From NCBI GenBank assembly GCA_964480775.1, contig CAYZRF010000014.1:1-32000 (forward strand): DNA of 32,000 bases, given 5' to 3'. This DNA comes from an uncultured Nitrososphaerota archaeon (GTDB lineage Archaea > Korarchaeota > Korarchaeia > Korarchaeales > Korarchaeaceae). Position 1 is the first letter of the stretch, and the number at the start of each line of letters is the position of its first letter. The position numbers were made by a program, and so were the translations under genes. Below are positions 8,943 through 18,144 of the stretch, piece after piece. The notes under the pieces were generated by a model. That model saw nothing but the letters and a program-made list of their open reading frames with translations. It ran no database searches and was not told the DNA's origin.

Positions 8943-9908
8943 ATGGAGTATGTTAATTTAGGGAGGGCAGGAATTAAGGTATCGAGAATCTGTTTGGGAT
9001 GCATGTCGTTTGGCAATAGCGCTGAATGGATGCTCGAAATTGACGAAGTGCGTCCCATAATAAGAAAGGCTCTGGATCTTGGAATAAATTTCTTTGACAC
9101 AGCGAACGTATATTCTAGAGGTCGATCTGAGGAAATTGTCGGAGAACTTCTCAAGGATTACAGAGAAGACGTCGTTATTGCCACTAAAGTATACGGTAAA
9201 ATGGGAGAAGGACCTAATGACCGGGGTTTGTCTCGTCTCCACATTTTAAAGCAGATAGAAGGGTCCTTAAAGAGGCTTCAAACAGATTACGTTGATCTGT
9301 ATCAGATTCACAGGTGGGATTACGAGACTCCCATTGAGGAAACACTTAGGACGTTGGACGACCTTGTACATCAGGGCAAGGTGAGGTACATAGGAGCATC
9401 AAGCATGTGGGCCTGGCAGTTCGCAAAAGCTTTATGGACTAGCGATCGTCTAGGCTTGGAGCGATTTGTTAGCATGCAGAATCACTACAACCTTTGCTAT
9501 CGTGAGGAAGAAAGGGAGATGATTCCTCTGTGTAAGGAGGAGGGAATTGCCATAATCCCATGGAGTCCTTTGGCGAGGGGTTTTTTAACGGGAAAATATA
9601 AGAGAGATAAAGAGCCAGAGGGCGCAAGATATAGGTCGGATAGATGGCTTAAAGAACGCTTTTTCCATCCCGAGGATTGGGATGTTTTAGATGCTTTGCT
9701 TGAAGTTGCTGCTGAAAAAGGTGTCCCCCCAGCCGAGGTAGCTCTAGCTTGGTTGTTTGAAAAAGGAGTAACTGCCCCCATTGTGGGTGTCACGAAAGTG
9801 GAGCACGTGGAGCAGGCAGTGGAGTCACTAGAGGTTCGCTTAACTTCAGAGGACTTGAAAAGATTAGAAGAGCCATATAAACCTCATCCTGTAATGGGTC
9901 ACAAATAA
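8943..9908 (+). CDS. Aldo/keto reductase
   Basis: It has the AKR signature GINFFDTANVYSRGRSEEIVGE and the IGASS and PWSPLARG motifs. An AATTTATATT box lies about 25 nt upstream of the ATG. Confidence 0.9.
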   Translation: MEYVNLGRAGIKVSRICLGCMSFGNSAEWMLEIDEVRPIIRKALDLGINFFDTANVYSRGRSEEIVGELLKDYREDVVIATKVYGKMGEGPNDRGLSRLHILKQIEGSLKRLQTDYVDLYQIHRWDYETPIEETLRTLDDLVHQGKVRYIGASSMWAWQFAKALWTSDRLGLERFVSMQNHYNLCYREEEREMIPLCKEEGIAIIPWSPLARGFLTGKYKRDKEPEGARYRSDRWLKERFFHPEDWDVLDALLEVAAEKGVPPAEVALAWLFEKGVTAPIVGVTKVEHVEQAVESLEVRLTSEDLKRLEEPYKPHPVMGHK

Positions 9909-10040
9909 GGAACACGAAAGTTTGATAATACAACTATTTAGAATATAGATTGGCTAAAAGCAGATACATTATCAAAATCAGAAGGTAGACACAGGATTCA
10001 AAATTAAAAGATAGGTTCACAAGCCAAAAGTGGTGAGCCA

Positions 10041-11147
10041 TTGGGAGAGGTGTATGAAAAAGAGGTTCTGTATCCTCCCCAAGATTACATCAGGGTAAAT
10101 CATGAGGATCTAAAAGAGTTCGTTAAGAAGGTATTCGTAAAATTAGGTGTGCCAGACGAAGACGCTGAAATAACCGCTGATAACTTAGTCACTGCTGATT
10201 TGAGAGGGATAAGTTCTCACGGAGTAGCCAGGCTAAAGAGATACGTAGATGGCCTTAGAAATGGCGTAGTTAAAGCTAAGCCACAACTAAGGGTCCTTAA
10301 AGAAAGCCCTGTACACGCCTTAGTTGACGGAGGTTTCGGATTGGGTCAACCTGTTGCATATAGAGCCATGATGATAGCCATAGAAAAGGCCAAAAAGAAT
10401 TACTTCGGCATTGTAGGAGTAAAAAATAGCAATCACTACGGTATAGCTGGCTATTATGCGTTAATGGCTCTAAAAGAGGATCTTATAGGGCTTTCCATGA
10501 CTAATTCTCGTCCTTTAGTGGCTCACACCGGAGCTTTAGGGAGAACTATAGGGACGAACCCGATCTCATTCGCAGCTCCTTCTAAAGAAGAACCTGAGTT
10601 TGTCCTTGACATGGCAACTGCTGTAGTTCCCATAGGCAAGATAGAAGTCTATACTAGAAGAGGGAAGCCCATACCTGAAGGCTGGGCCATAGATGAAAAA
10701 GGAGATATAATTACTGACCCTTCGATTGCTCTCAAGGCTGGCACCTTGCTACCTCTTGGTGGACTAGGGGAGCTGTTAGGAGGCCATAAAGGCTATGGGC
10801 TATCCGTTATGGTGGACATATTGTCAGGCATTCTTACAGGGGCTAATTGGGGGCCGTTCGTCGGACCAACGCAAGGACCCGAGCCTAGCAACGTAGGACA
10901 TTTCTTCATGGCTATGAACGTTGAAGCATTCATGCCATTAGAAGAGTTCAAAGAGAGAATGGAGAAGCTCAAGAAACACCTAAAAACGGCCAAACTTCAC
11001 CCAAAATTCAAGAAGATCTGGATCCATGGAGAGAAATCGTGGCTTACAATGAGATATAGGATGAAACATGGCATTCCACTTTACATTAAGGTTGTAAATT
11101 CTCTGAAAGAGGTATCTAAGGAAGTAGGAGTGGAGCTCCCCTTCTGA
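10041..11147 (+). CDS. Ldh_2-family (malate / L-sulfolactate type) NAD(P)H-dependent 2-hydroxyacid dehydrogenase
   Basis: The motifs ADLRGISSHGVARLKRYV, NSNHYGIAGYY, GTNPISFAAP, DMATAVVPIGK and GGHKGYGLS closely resemble the Pyrococcus Ldh_2 malate dehydrogenase as I remember it. The start is TTG at 10041 (or GTG at 10050), preceded by GGTGA. Confidence 0.85.
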   Translation: MGEVYEKEVLYPPQDYIRVNHEDLKEFVKKVFVKLGVPDEDAEITADNLVTADLRGISSHGVARLKRYVDGLRNGVVKAKPQLRVLKESPVHALVDGGFGLGQPVAYRAMMIAIEKAKKNYFGIVGVKNSNHYGIAGYYALMALKEDLIGLSMTNSRPLVAHTGALGRTIGTNPISFAAPSKEEPEFVLDMATAVVPIGKIEVYTRRGKPIPEGWAIDEKGDIITDPSIALKAGTLLPLGGLGELLGGHKGYGLSVMVDILSGILTGANWGPFVGPTQGPEPSNVGHFFMAMNVEAFMPLEEFKERMEKLKKHLKTAKLHPKFKKIWIHGEKSWLTMRYRMKHGIPLYIKVVNSLKEVSKEVGVELPF

Positions 11148-11293
11148 AAGGTTAAACACCCCGATCACAGCAAGCTCTTCAGCTGATATTAATGAGAGTT
11201 TGGGGCTTTTCAGATCCGGAAATTACTGGGGATGTTTGCTTAGAGTATCTTAAGAAACCTTTAAACAAATTACGACATATTTACCTTGTAAGC

Positions 11294-11734
11294 ATGATAT
11301 TTACGATAAAACCCATTGGATTTTTCCGCTCGCCCTTCAAAAATATAAAAGAAGTTCCCAGTGACTGTAGTTCTGCGGTAGGCGAGATAATTGTGTTTAA
11401 AGAGTACGAATATGGGCTAAAGGACATAGAGGGCTTCTCACACATCATGGTTGTATGGGTATTTCATATGTACAGAGGCTACTCACTCATCGTAAGGCCA
11501 AGGCATGATACTGAGTTAAGAGGTGTGTTTGCCACTAGATCCCCACGCAGGCCAAATTCCATAGCTATAACCGTACTTGAACTCCTAGAGAGGAATCAAA
11601 ACATTCTGAAAGTTAGAGGGGTTGATGCAGTAGACGGGACACCAGTCATAGACATCAAACCTTACACTTACTCCGACAGGAAGGAATACATCAAGGCAGG
11701 GTGGGTAGAGAAGAGTCGACACAGGAAAACCTGA
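11294..11734 (+). CDS. trmO: TsaA/TrmO-family tRNA (m6t6A37) methyltransferase
   Basis: It carries IGFFRSPF, GFSHIMVVWVFH, RGVFATRSPRRPNSIAITV and DAVDGTPVIDIKPY. I prefer the ATG at 11294 (MIFTIKPIG) over the 34-codon longer track ORF. Confidence 0.85.
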   Translation: MIFTIKPIGFFRSPFKNIKEVPSDCSSAVGEIIVFKEYEYGLKDIEGFSHIMVVWVFHMYRGYSLIVRPRHDTELRGVFATRSPRRPNSIAITVLELLERNQNILKVRGVDAVDGTPVIDIKPYTYSDRKEYIKAGWVEKSRHRKT

Positions 11735-11793
11735 AATTAATTATAACTAATCCATAAGATCATTTCATAGCTCTTTGAGGCAGCTAATTTGGG

Positions 11794-13236
11794 TTATTTC
11801 TTGAAATGCTCTGACCAAGCATCTACGGGTGGCTTAATCTCAGGAGGTATCGCGCACTTGTACTTTCTGCCCATTAGTCTCTTCTCAAACTCGTCCCAAG
11901 CCTTCTTAATAAGCTCCTCATTCGTCATTAGGTCTATTGCCGTAGCAGCCATGACCTTTGCAGCAAATATAAGGGACTTATGACCTATACCCATACCACT
12001 CTGAGCTACGACCTGCCATGAGTGGCCTGGAGTTCCAAGCACCCAAGATGCTGTGGAGAACTCTTTCGTGGGAGCCTGCCAGCTTATGTCTGCGACGTCT
12101 GTGGATCCATGCATGACCTCACCTTCACCCCAAGGATCTGGTATGCTCGTGTCTATCAATACGTCAACTAGCTTCTCCCAATCAGGCCTTTTGCTCTTCC
12201 TTAGGGCTTCTCTCTTTTGCTCCGGAGGAATAGATTTAGAGATCTCCTTTGCAAACTCCATTTCCTCATCCGAGTATTCTGGGGCCCCTATTTCTCTCAT
12301 GTTCTTCACTATGAGTTCGCTTAAAACCCTGTTGGGTATAACGTTGTAGAGGCCATCTATCATTTGCACCTCCAACTTAGTTCCGGTCATTAAGGCAGCA
12401 CCTTTTGCTATGTCAAGTATCCTTTTTGTTATGGCCTCTACCTGCTCTCTCTCTGGAGCTCTAATGTAGTACCAAGAGCGTGCATAGGCTGGAACAACGT
12501 TTGGCTGCTCTCCTCCCTTTTCGATCACGTAATGGATCCTTGCTTCTTGAATGACGTGCTCCCTCAGGTAGTTTACACCTATGTTCATGAGTTCAACGGC
12601 ATCTAAAGCGCTTCTCCCTCTTTCTGGAGATCCTGCAGCATGAGAAGAGATTCCATGGAAGTGAAACTTCACCGAGTTGTTTGCAAGACTACTCTTGAGC
12701 GTTGCCGCATTCATAGAGCCAGGATGATGACTTATTACCGCATCAACCCCCTTGAACACCCCGTCCCGAACCATAAACACCTTTCCACTGGCGTTCTCCT
12801 CTGCGGGAGTTCCAAAGAACTTTATCGTACCTTTGAGTCCTGCTTCCTCCATCGCAATTCTAACGGCTATCGCTGCAGCCATTCCGGAGGTTCCGTGTAT
12901 GTTGTGTCCGCAACCATGACCAGGAGCCCCCTCCTCTATCGGCTCTTTCCAAGGAACTGCTTTTTGAGAAAGCCCAGGAAGTGCATCGTACTCACCCATT
13001 ATCCCTATCACTGGCCTCCCAGAACCGTATGTTGCGACGAAAGCTGTGGGCATGCCAGCAACTCCTCTCTCAACTCTGAAGCCAGCCTTTTCCAGGGTAT
13101 CAGCCAACAGTTTGGATGATTTATACTCAATCAGCCCTAGTTCTGCGTACTCCCATATCTTATCACTTATCTCAATTATACGAGACTCGTTCTCTGATAT
13201 CCACCCAAAAGCTACTTCCTTAGCCTTTTCAGACAT
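11794..13236 (-). CDS. M20-family amidohydrolase (AbgB-like), paralogue B
   Basis: This 480-aa protein starts at ATG and has the same motifs as paralogue A. Its residues ~15-228 are encoded by DNA identical to paralogue A. Confidence 0.9.
   Translation of the reverse strand: MSEKAKEVAFGWISENESRIIEISDKIWEYAELGLIEYKSSKLLADTLEKAGFRVERGVAGMPTAFVATYGSGRPVIGIMGEYDALPGLSQKAVPWKEPIEEGAPGHGCGHNIHGTSGMAAAIAVRIAMEEAGLKGTIKFFGTPAEENASGKVFMVRDGVFKGVDAVISHHPGSMNAATLKSSLANNSVKFHFHGISSHAAGSPERGRSALDAVELMNIGVNYLREHVIQEARIHYVIEKGGEQPNVVPAYARSWYYIRAPEREQVEAITKRILDIAKGAALMTGTKLEVQMIDGLYNVIPNRVLSELIVKNMREIGAPEYSDEEMEFAKEISKSIPPEQKREALRKSKRPDWEKLVDVLIDTSIPDPWGEGEVMHGSTDVADISWQAPTKEFSTASWVLGTPGHSWQVVAQSGMGIGHKSLIFAAKVMAATAIDLMTNEELIKKAWDEFEKRLMGRKYKCAIPPEIKPPVDAWSEHFKK
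12554..13193. repeat. 640-nt tract identical to 8072-8711 (copy 2)
   Basis: See copy 1. Both copies are in the same orientation (direct repeat), 4482 nt apart. Confidence 0.95.
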
Positions 13237-13407
13237 TTCATCGGATGCACGCAGTAATATCTTAAAAAATCGCCTATAATTTGCTTTTTACGTGCTAATT
13301 TAGTTTCTTTCCAAATGAAGCTTCCGCCCAGCTTTAATTTAATGGTGAAAAATTCCATGCCCTTATCATAATCCTCTTTAAATTGGAGATCTATCCAGCA
13401 CATGTAG

Positions 13408-15615
13408 ATGAGAAAGTTAGACAAGAAATTAATCTCCCTACTTTTGGTCGTACTTATTGCCTTATCCTTAAATTCCTCTAAACTCACAACTCAAGAGAAC
13501 GTTATCGTCGTTTTGGCAAATTCAATAGATTTTCCAATGGCCGAAGATTTCGTTTCCAGTTTAGAGACCAAGGGTTATAGAGTAATCCATGTCACTGCAG
13601 AGCAGTTCCAAGATTACAAAGAAATTCCAATAATAGTAATCTTAGGAGGGCATAAAGCACCAGAAGGTGTTGGATCCATCGTCAGCCAACTCTTATCCGA
13701 GGAAATTAAACAATACTTGGAGACGAGGGGAAATTACGGTATGTTCCTGGTATTTAATCCATATACCCAGGGACAAGTAGTCTGGATAATCGCAGGAAGT
13801 GATAGAAACTTAACTAGGCACGCTCACTCCACTTATGGAGAACTTGTGGGGCCGACGCCATTTCCACAACCAGATGTTAACATGTTTAGACCTGAAGGAG
13901 TGATCGTTGGCGGAACGGTTTACTTTGAGGTTTCAGACATAGGAGGTTCATTGCTTCCAATAGCAAAGGTAGAATATTTGGACGGGACTTCGTGGGTCTT
14001 GATAGGAGAAGATGATGGGTTCGATCCAGATTATGATGTGGAAAGATCCACTAGAACGATAATGTGGGACACATATGGGCTCCAAAGCGGGTGGTACACA
14101 GTCAAGATAACCCTTTATGATCTCATCGGGCAAACGGGTGAGATCGCTATTAGAATATACGTTGACCAGCCTCCTGTCCCGCAAGTTCAAGTTGTTTCTT
14201 ATGACCCCGAGACAGGTTACGTTTCATTTGACGCATCGGAATCTTGTGATCCTGACGGAGAAATCGTTGATTGGACGTGGGATTTCGGAGACGGTAAAAT
14301 AGCTGAAGGTCCTGCCGTAGAGCATCGATATGATCTAGAGTACCTTTCATTGCCCATAATTGTGTCAGTAACTCTTGTTGATGATAAGGGGATAAGTGAA
14401 AAGAAGGAGTACGTCTTTGCTAATGGCTCTATAAAGGAAGAGTTCGTTCCAGAGATAAAAGCAATAAAAGAGAAGATAGACAAGCTTCTGAATATGTATA
14501 AGGAATTGAAGGCCCTATCTGAGTCACAAACTGGCGAATTAAAGGAGACATTATCTAATGCCAGCAGTAGCGCGCTTGATGCAAGATCTGATCTTACCTA
14601 CCCTCTCACAGACTTGGTTGCTTTCAAGGACATAGACAAGGCCATAGAAGGAATTGAAAGAGTTAAATCGGAAATTAAGAAGCTGGTAAATACTCTAAAC
14701 AGGGCAAAGGACCTTGCAGCAACCCAGAGTCTCAAGGATCAGATTCAAAATCAAATAGATAAGCTGCATAAAATCTGGATCCAGCTTCAGTTCGTGTTCG
14801 CAAAGTTAAAACTCATCAAGATGATAGGAACTCAGGCACATGGAGCTGAAATAGACATTCCAGACGTAAGAATCGGAGACGGTTCTTACTACACGTGGTG
14901 CACCAGTACGATAACCTTGCTTAGATCCGATGTCTGGGATACAGACGTCATACTTCACGAGTTCGATCATTATGTTTGGCACGAGAAGGCTAAAAATGAG
15001 CTTGCTGGCGGAAAACATTGGATAGATGAGCACCTCGGTGACAGGAAATACAAGGAGTACCTTAAGGCGGCTGAGGATATGTTAAAGTCCGCGGGATTAC
15101 CGCCAAATGTGCCTCAAGCCCTCAAAGACCATCTAAAAGATCTTGCTGAGAAGGAAGGTAAGAAACTAGCACTATCTGAGGGATGGGCTCACTTCTCAAT
15201 GGCCGTAAAGCAGAAGGATCCTGAGTACTGGGACAAGGAGCCCGGAAACAACGATGACATCAGATTTGATATAGAAAAGTGCAAGTATTGGAAAGAAGGC
15301 GAGAACAAATGGGTAAACGCTACCAACAATGGCGAAGACGTCGAACTTTCCATAGCTGGGATTCTCTGGGACCTCTTCGATGGCACGGCAAACGGTGTAA
15401 ATGACCAAGACAATGACGAGGTTTCGATAGAATTTAAGCACATATGGTGTGCTATCAACGAGAAGAAGGATTCAAAAGGTATGGTGGTGAGGAGCCCTCC
15501 AAAGAACATAAAGGAGCTCTACAAGAACTTAATGGAGTGCCTTAAGGAGGCAGGTGTACCTTACGAAAAGGAAAAGATAGACAAAATATTCAAAAAGCAT
15601 GGGGTTATCCCCTAA
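13408..15615 (+). CDS. Large secreted multidomain protein: signal anchor, alpha/beta module, Ig/PKD-like domains, coiled coil and a C-terminal HExxH (gluzincin-like) domain
   Basis: It has an N-terminal signal/TM segment (LISLLLVVLIALSL) and a PKD-type motif (DPDGEIVDWTWDFGDGK). A heptad-rich helical stretch of about 130 aa follows (KEKIDKLLNMYKELKAL...). The C-terminal domain has HEFDH (HExxH) followed by LSEGWAHF. Confidence 0.75.
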   Translation: MRKLDKKLISLLLVVLIALSLNSSKLTTQENVIVVLANSIDFPMAEDFVSSLETKGYRVIHVTAEQFQDYKEIPIIVILGGHKAPEGVGSIVSQLLSEEIKQYLETRGNYGMFLVFNPYTQGQVVWIIAGSDRNLTRHAHSTYGELVGPTPFPQPDVNMFRPEGVIVGGTVYFEVSDIGGSLLPIAKVEYLDGTSWVLIGEDDGFDPDYDVERSTRTIMWDTYGLQSGWYTVKITLYDLIGQTGEIAIRIYVDQPPVPQVQVVSYDPETGYVSFDASESCDPDGEIVDWTWDFGDGKIAEGPAVEHRYDLEYLSLPIIVSVTLVDDKGISEKKEYVFANGSIKEEFVPEIKAIKEKIDKLLNMYKELKALSESQTGELKETLSNASSSALDARSDLTYPLTDLVAFKDIDKAIEGIERVKSEIKKLVNTLNRAKDLAATQSLKDQIQNQIDKLHKIWIQLQFVFAKLKLIKMIGTQAHGAEIDIPDVRIGDGSYYTWCTSTITLLRSDVWDTDVILHEFDHYVWHEKAKNELAGGKHWIDEHLGDRKYKEYLKAAEDMLKSAGLPPNVPQALKDHLKDLAEKEGKKLALSEGWAHFSMAVKQKDPEYWDKEPGNNDDIRFDIEKCKYWKEGENKWVNATNNGEDVELSIAGILWDLFDGTANGVNDQDNDEVSIEFKHIWCAINEKKDSKGMVVRSPPKNIKELYKNLMECLKEAGVPYEKEKIDKIFKKHGVIP

Positions 15616-15794
15616 GAATTAACGTGGAATACGGAGTACGGAGTATCTTAATGATTAAGGAGCAGCAGAGAAGGAAATATCCTATACTGCTTCCCATAGG
15701 CTTTACAATTAGCCTATCTTGAGTTAAGTCCTGTTTTTAGCTTTCTCAACATTTTAGAAGGATTTTTATATCTTCTCTTCTCTATGGTTCCTGT

Positions 15795-16037
15795 ATGCTG
15801 GAGACAGAACTCTATCGTCCTTTCACCATACTTGGACTGATCCTAATGCTATTAGGAGCCATATTTTTGCTTTTACCGCTGATACTTAGGTACATCCCAC
15901 AGATAGAGAGAGTTCCCTCGATTATAGTTTACATTTACAGGAGAGGTAATTTCGTTTTCGTAACATCACCGATTTTGATCATAATCTCGCTTATATCGCT
16001 TCTTTACTACTTAATTAGGGTGTCAACTAGGTCATAG
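15795..16037 (+). CDS. Small two-TM membrane protein (DUF131-like?)
   Basis: The 80-aa protein has two long hydrophobic helices. A TTTTTATA box at 15763-15770 lies about 25-30 nt before the ATG, so the transcript may be leaderless. Confidence 0.5.
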   Translation: MLETELYRPFTILGLILMLLGAIFLLLPLILRYIPQIERVPSIIVYIYRRGNFVFVTSPILIIISLISLLYYLIRVSTRS

Positions 16038-16061
16038 TGACCACGCTTATCTGAAAGCGAT

Positions 16062-16240
16062 GTGAAAAACTCGATGAGAAGACAAACTTTTAGGTTGATC
16101 GATCTTATTGTACCTGTGTCAACTGATCTCGATGAGATTGATTTAAAGATCTTGAATGCACTCAAAAAGAACGCAAGAGTGTCCTTCAGGAAGATCGCTT
16201 CTGACTTAGGAGTCAGTCCAATGACCGTGATAAAAAGAGA
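16062..16240 (+). pseudogene. Lrp/AsnC-family regulator, N-terminal HTH fragment only
   Basis: LDEIDLKILNALKKNARVSFRKIASDLGVSPMTVIKR is a typical Lrp/AsnC HTH. The expected continuation (I-x-K-L-E-x-x-G-V-I plus the RAM domain) is missing. After about 16240 the frame reads through unrelated sequence to a stop at 16274. Confidence 0.65.
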
Positions 16241-16243
16241 AAC

Positions 16244-16473
16244 TGGTGCTGTGGTGGGGGAGGTGGGCTTGTAGCCGTTCCAGAGCTAAAAGAGGTAAGG
16301 ATGAAGGCAGGAAAAAAGAAAGCAGATCAGATAAAGAGAAGCGGGGCCAAAGTCGTCGTCACAGCATGTGAGAACTGCATGCTTCAACTAAGGACCTTAA
16401 CGAACACTACGGGCTAGGCGTTGAAGTCAAAAGCTTGTTAGACCTTACGGCTCAAGCCCTTGAAGTGGACTAA
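16244..16473 (+). pseudogene. C-terminal fragment of a CCG-domain (HdrD/GlpC-like) Fe-S oxidoreductase, with a frameshift
   Basis: A different frame reads NWCCGGGGGLVAVPELKEVRMKAGKKKADQIKRSGAKVVVTACENCMLQLR, which gives CCG-x37-C-x2-C. After about 16398 the sense continues only in another frame (LNEHYGLGVEVKSLLDLTAQALEVD, stop at 16471-16473). There is no N-terminal part and no start codon. Confidence 0.65.
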
Positions 16474-16715
16474 AAGAGTTCATATCGAGGGTTTCCCATA
16501 CGATATATCTAAGGGCTTTCATAGAAGCTAAAATCCAGACAGGATAGATTGGCACCATGAGAGGCGAAAGTCTCAATAACCATCCGAAGTATGCCTAACA
16601 ATCAGTTTACCAGCGGGTAAGCCCCCTTTCCCTATTATAAGCAAGGCTGTTGAGCTCTCAGCTAGGGATTACGTGATGCCTTTAAGAATATAAGATGTAC
16701 TGACAACGTTTGACT

Positions 16716-18134
16716 ATGGATAGATCCAAGGTCTTTGAACAGATAGATCAAGATATAGACAAACACGTGGAAAGAGTTAGAGAGTTAGTTAGACAGATAT
16801 CTGTTTCACCAGAAAACAGAGGGATATTGAGCTGCGCAACTTTGGTTAAGAAATACATGGAGGAGATAGGCTGTAAAGCAAGATTAGTTGAGACGAAGAG
16901 AAACCCGGTGGTCTATGGGGAGTATGATGCTGGAGCCGATAGAACGGTACTAGTCTATATGATGTACGATACGATGCCAGCAGATGAACCAGACTGGCGT
17001 GTAGATCCGTTCAAGGGTGAAATAGTTGATATGGAGCCATTTGGCAAGGTAATGGTCGCTAGAGGGGTCTACAATACAAAAGGAGCCCTTGCAGGCTTCA
17101 TAAATGCAATTAAATCCATACAAGAAGCTGGCGAAGAGGTTCCAGTTAACTTGATATTTGTCGCTGAAGGGGAGGAGGAGCTTGGGAGCAGAAACCTGCC
17201 AGAATTTGTGGAATCTTACTCGAGTGAGCTCAAAAAAGCCGATGTACTATACTTTCCATGGCCTGGGGAGGACATAGATGGTAAGCCGATAATCTACCTT
17301 GGGGTTAAGGGCATAGTTTACTTTGAGCTTGAGCTGAGTGGAAAGGACTGGGGAAGAGGCCCAACTGAATTTGGGATTCATGGGAGCAACAAGGCTTGGG
17401 TTGACAGCCCTGTCTGGAGGTTCATTCAAGCCCTAGCTACTATGACATCAGAGGACGGAAATAAAGTGATGATCGAGGGGTTCTACGATAAAGTTGAGGT
17501 GCCAACGGAGGAGGACCTTGAACTCCTTGAAAGATTGAAGGAAACCTTCAACGACGACACCTTCAAGCAAGTGAACAAAATAGAGAGGTTCATAGGAGAT
17601 AAGAAGGGAGTTGAGGCCCTAAAGCTTTACTTGTTCTCACCAACATTGAACATAGATGGGATATGGGGTGGGTACACTGGACCTGGGACTAAGACGCTGT
17701 TGCCTCACAAAGTAACTGCAAAGGTGGACGTTAGGCTAGTTCCGAACATGAAAACAGAAGACATACTTCCGATGATCAGAGAGCACTTGGATAAGCACGG
17801 ATTCAAGGAAGTAAAGATAAGACCCCTTGAAATGGGCTATAACTGGGCAAGGATGAGCTATAAGCACCCGTACTCACAGGCCCTAATAAAGGCCATTAGA
17901 GAATTTGGAAAAGAGCCGGAGATCTGGCCCACGATAGCTGGAAGCGCACCATTTTCGGTATTTGTGGATAAGCTCAAGCTGCCTTTTGTTTGTGGTGGCC
18001 TAGGACATGGAGCCAGAGCTCACGCTCCCAACGAATATTTAGTAATTGGAGAGGGAGGGCCAACTGGTGGGCTTGCGACTATGGAGAAGTCCTTCATAGC
18101 GATAATTGATAACATATCCAAGGCTGAATTGTAA
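16716..18134 (+). CDS. M20-family dipeptidase / metallo-hydrolase (a different subfamily from the AbgB-like pair)
   Basis: It has VLVYMMYDTMPADEPDWRVDPF, ARGVYNTKG and FVAEGEEELGS. I prefer the ATG at 16716, which lies 25-35 nt downstream of TTTAAGAATATAA. The track starts at the TTG at 16710. Confidence 0.85.
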   Translation: MDRSKVFEQIDQDIDKHVERVRELVRQISVSPENRGILSCATLVKKYMEEIGCKARLVETKRNPVVYGEYDAGADRTVLVYMMYDTMPADEPDWRVDPFKGEIVDMEPFGKVMVARGVYNTKGALAGFINAIKSIQEAGEEVPVNLIFVAEGEEELGSRNLPEFVESYSSELKKADVLYFPWPGEDIDGKPIIYLGVKGIVYFELELSGKDWGRGPTEFGIHGSNKAWVDSPVWRFIQALATMTSEDGNKVMIEGFYDKVEVPTEEDLELLERLKETFNDDTFKQVNKIERFIGDKKGVEALKLYLFSPTLNIDGIWGGYTGPGTKTLLPHKVTAKVDVRLVPNMKTEDILPMIREHLDKHGFKEVKIRPLEMGYNWARMSYKHPYSQALIKAIREFGKEPEIWPTIAGSAPFSVFVDKLKLPFVCGGLGHGARAHAPNEYLVIGEGGPTGGLATMEKSFIAIIDNISKAEL

Positions 18135-18144
18135 GCTTAATGGT

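Noticed and set aside
13212-13487. A 91-aa minus-strand ORF spanning the divergent promoter region.
   Set aside because: It overlaps the starts of two well-supported genes on both sides and has no recognisable features.
15631-15644. The tandem ACGGAGT ACGGAGT just after the stop of the 735-aa gene.
   Set aside because: There are only two copies of a 7-mer. No further periodicity or pairing partner exists, so it is too small to interpret.
16474-16709. A possible ncRNA or small ORF (37-aa minus-strand MVPIYPVWILASMKALRYIVWETLDMNSFSPLQGLEP) in the gap after the CCG-domain relic.
   Set aside because: I could see no convincing stem-loop architecture, C/D-box or H/ACA motifs, or conservation signal. 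It is more likely debris from the same deletion event.
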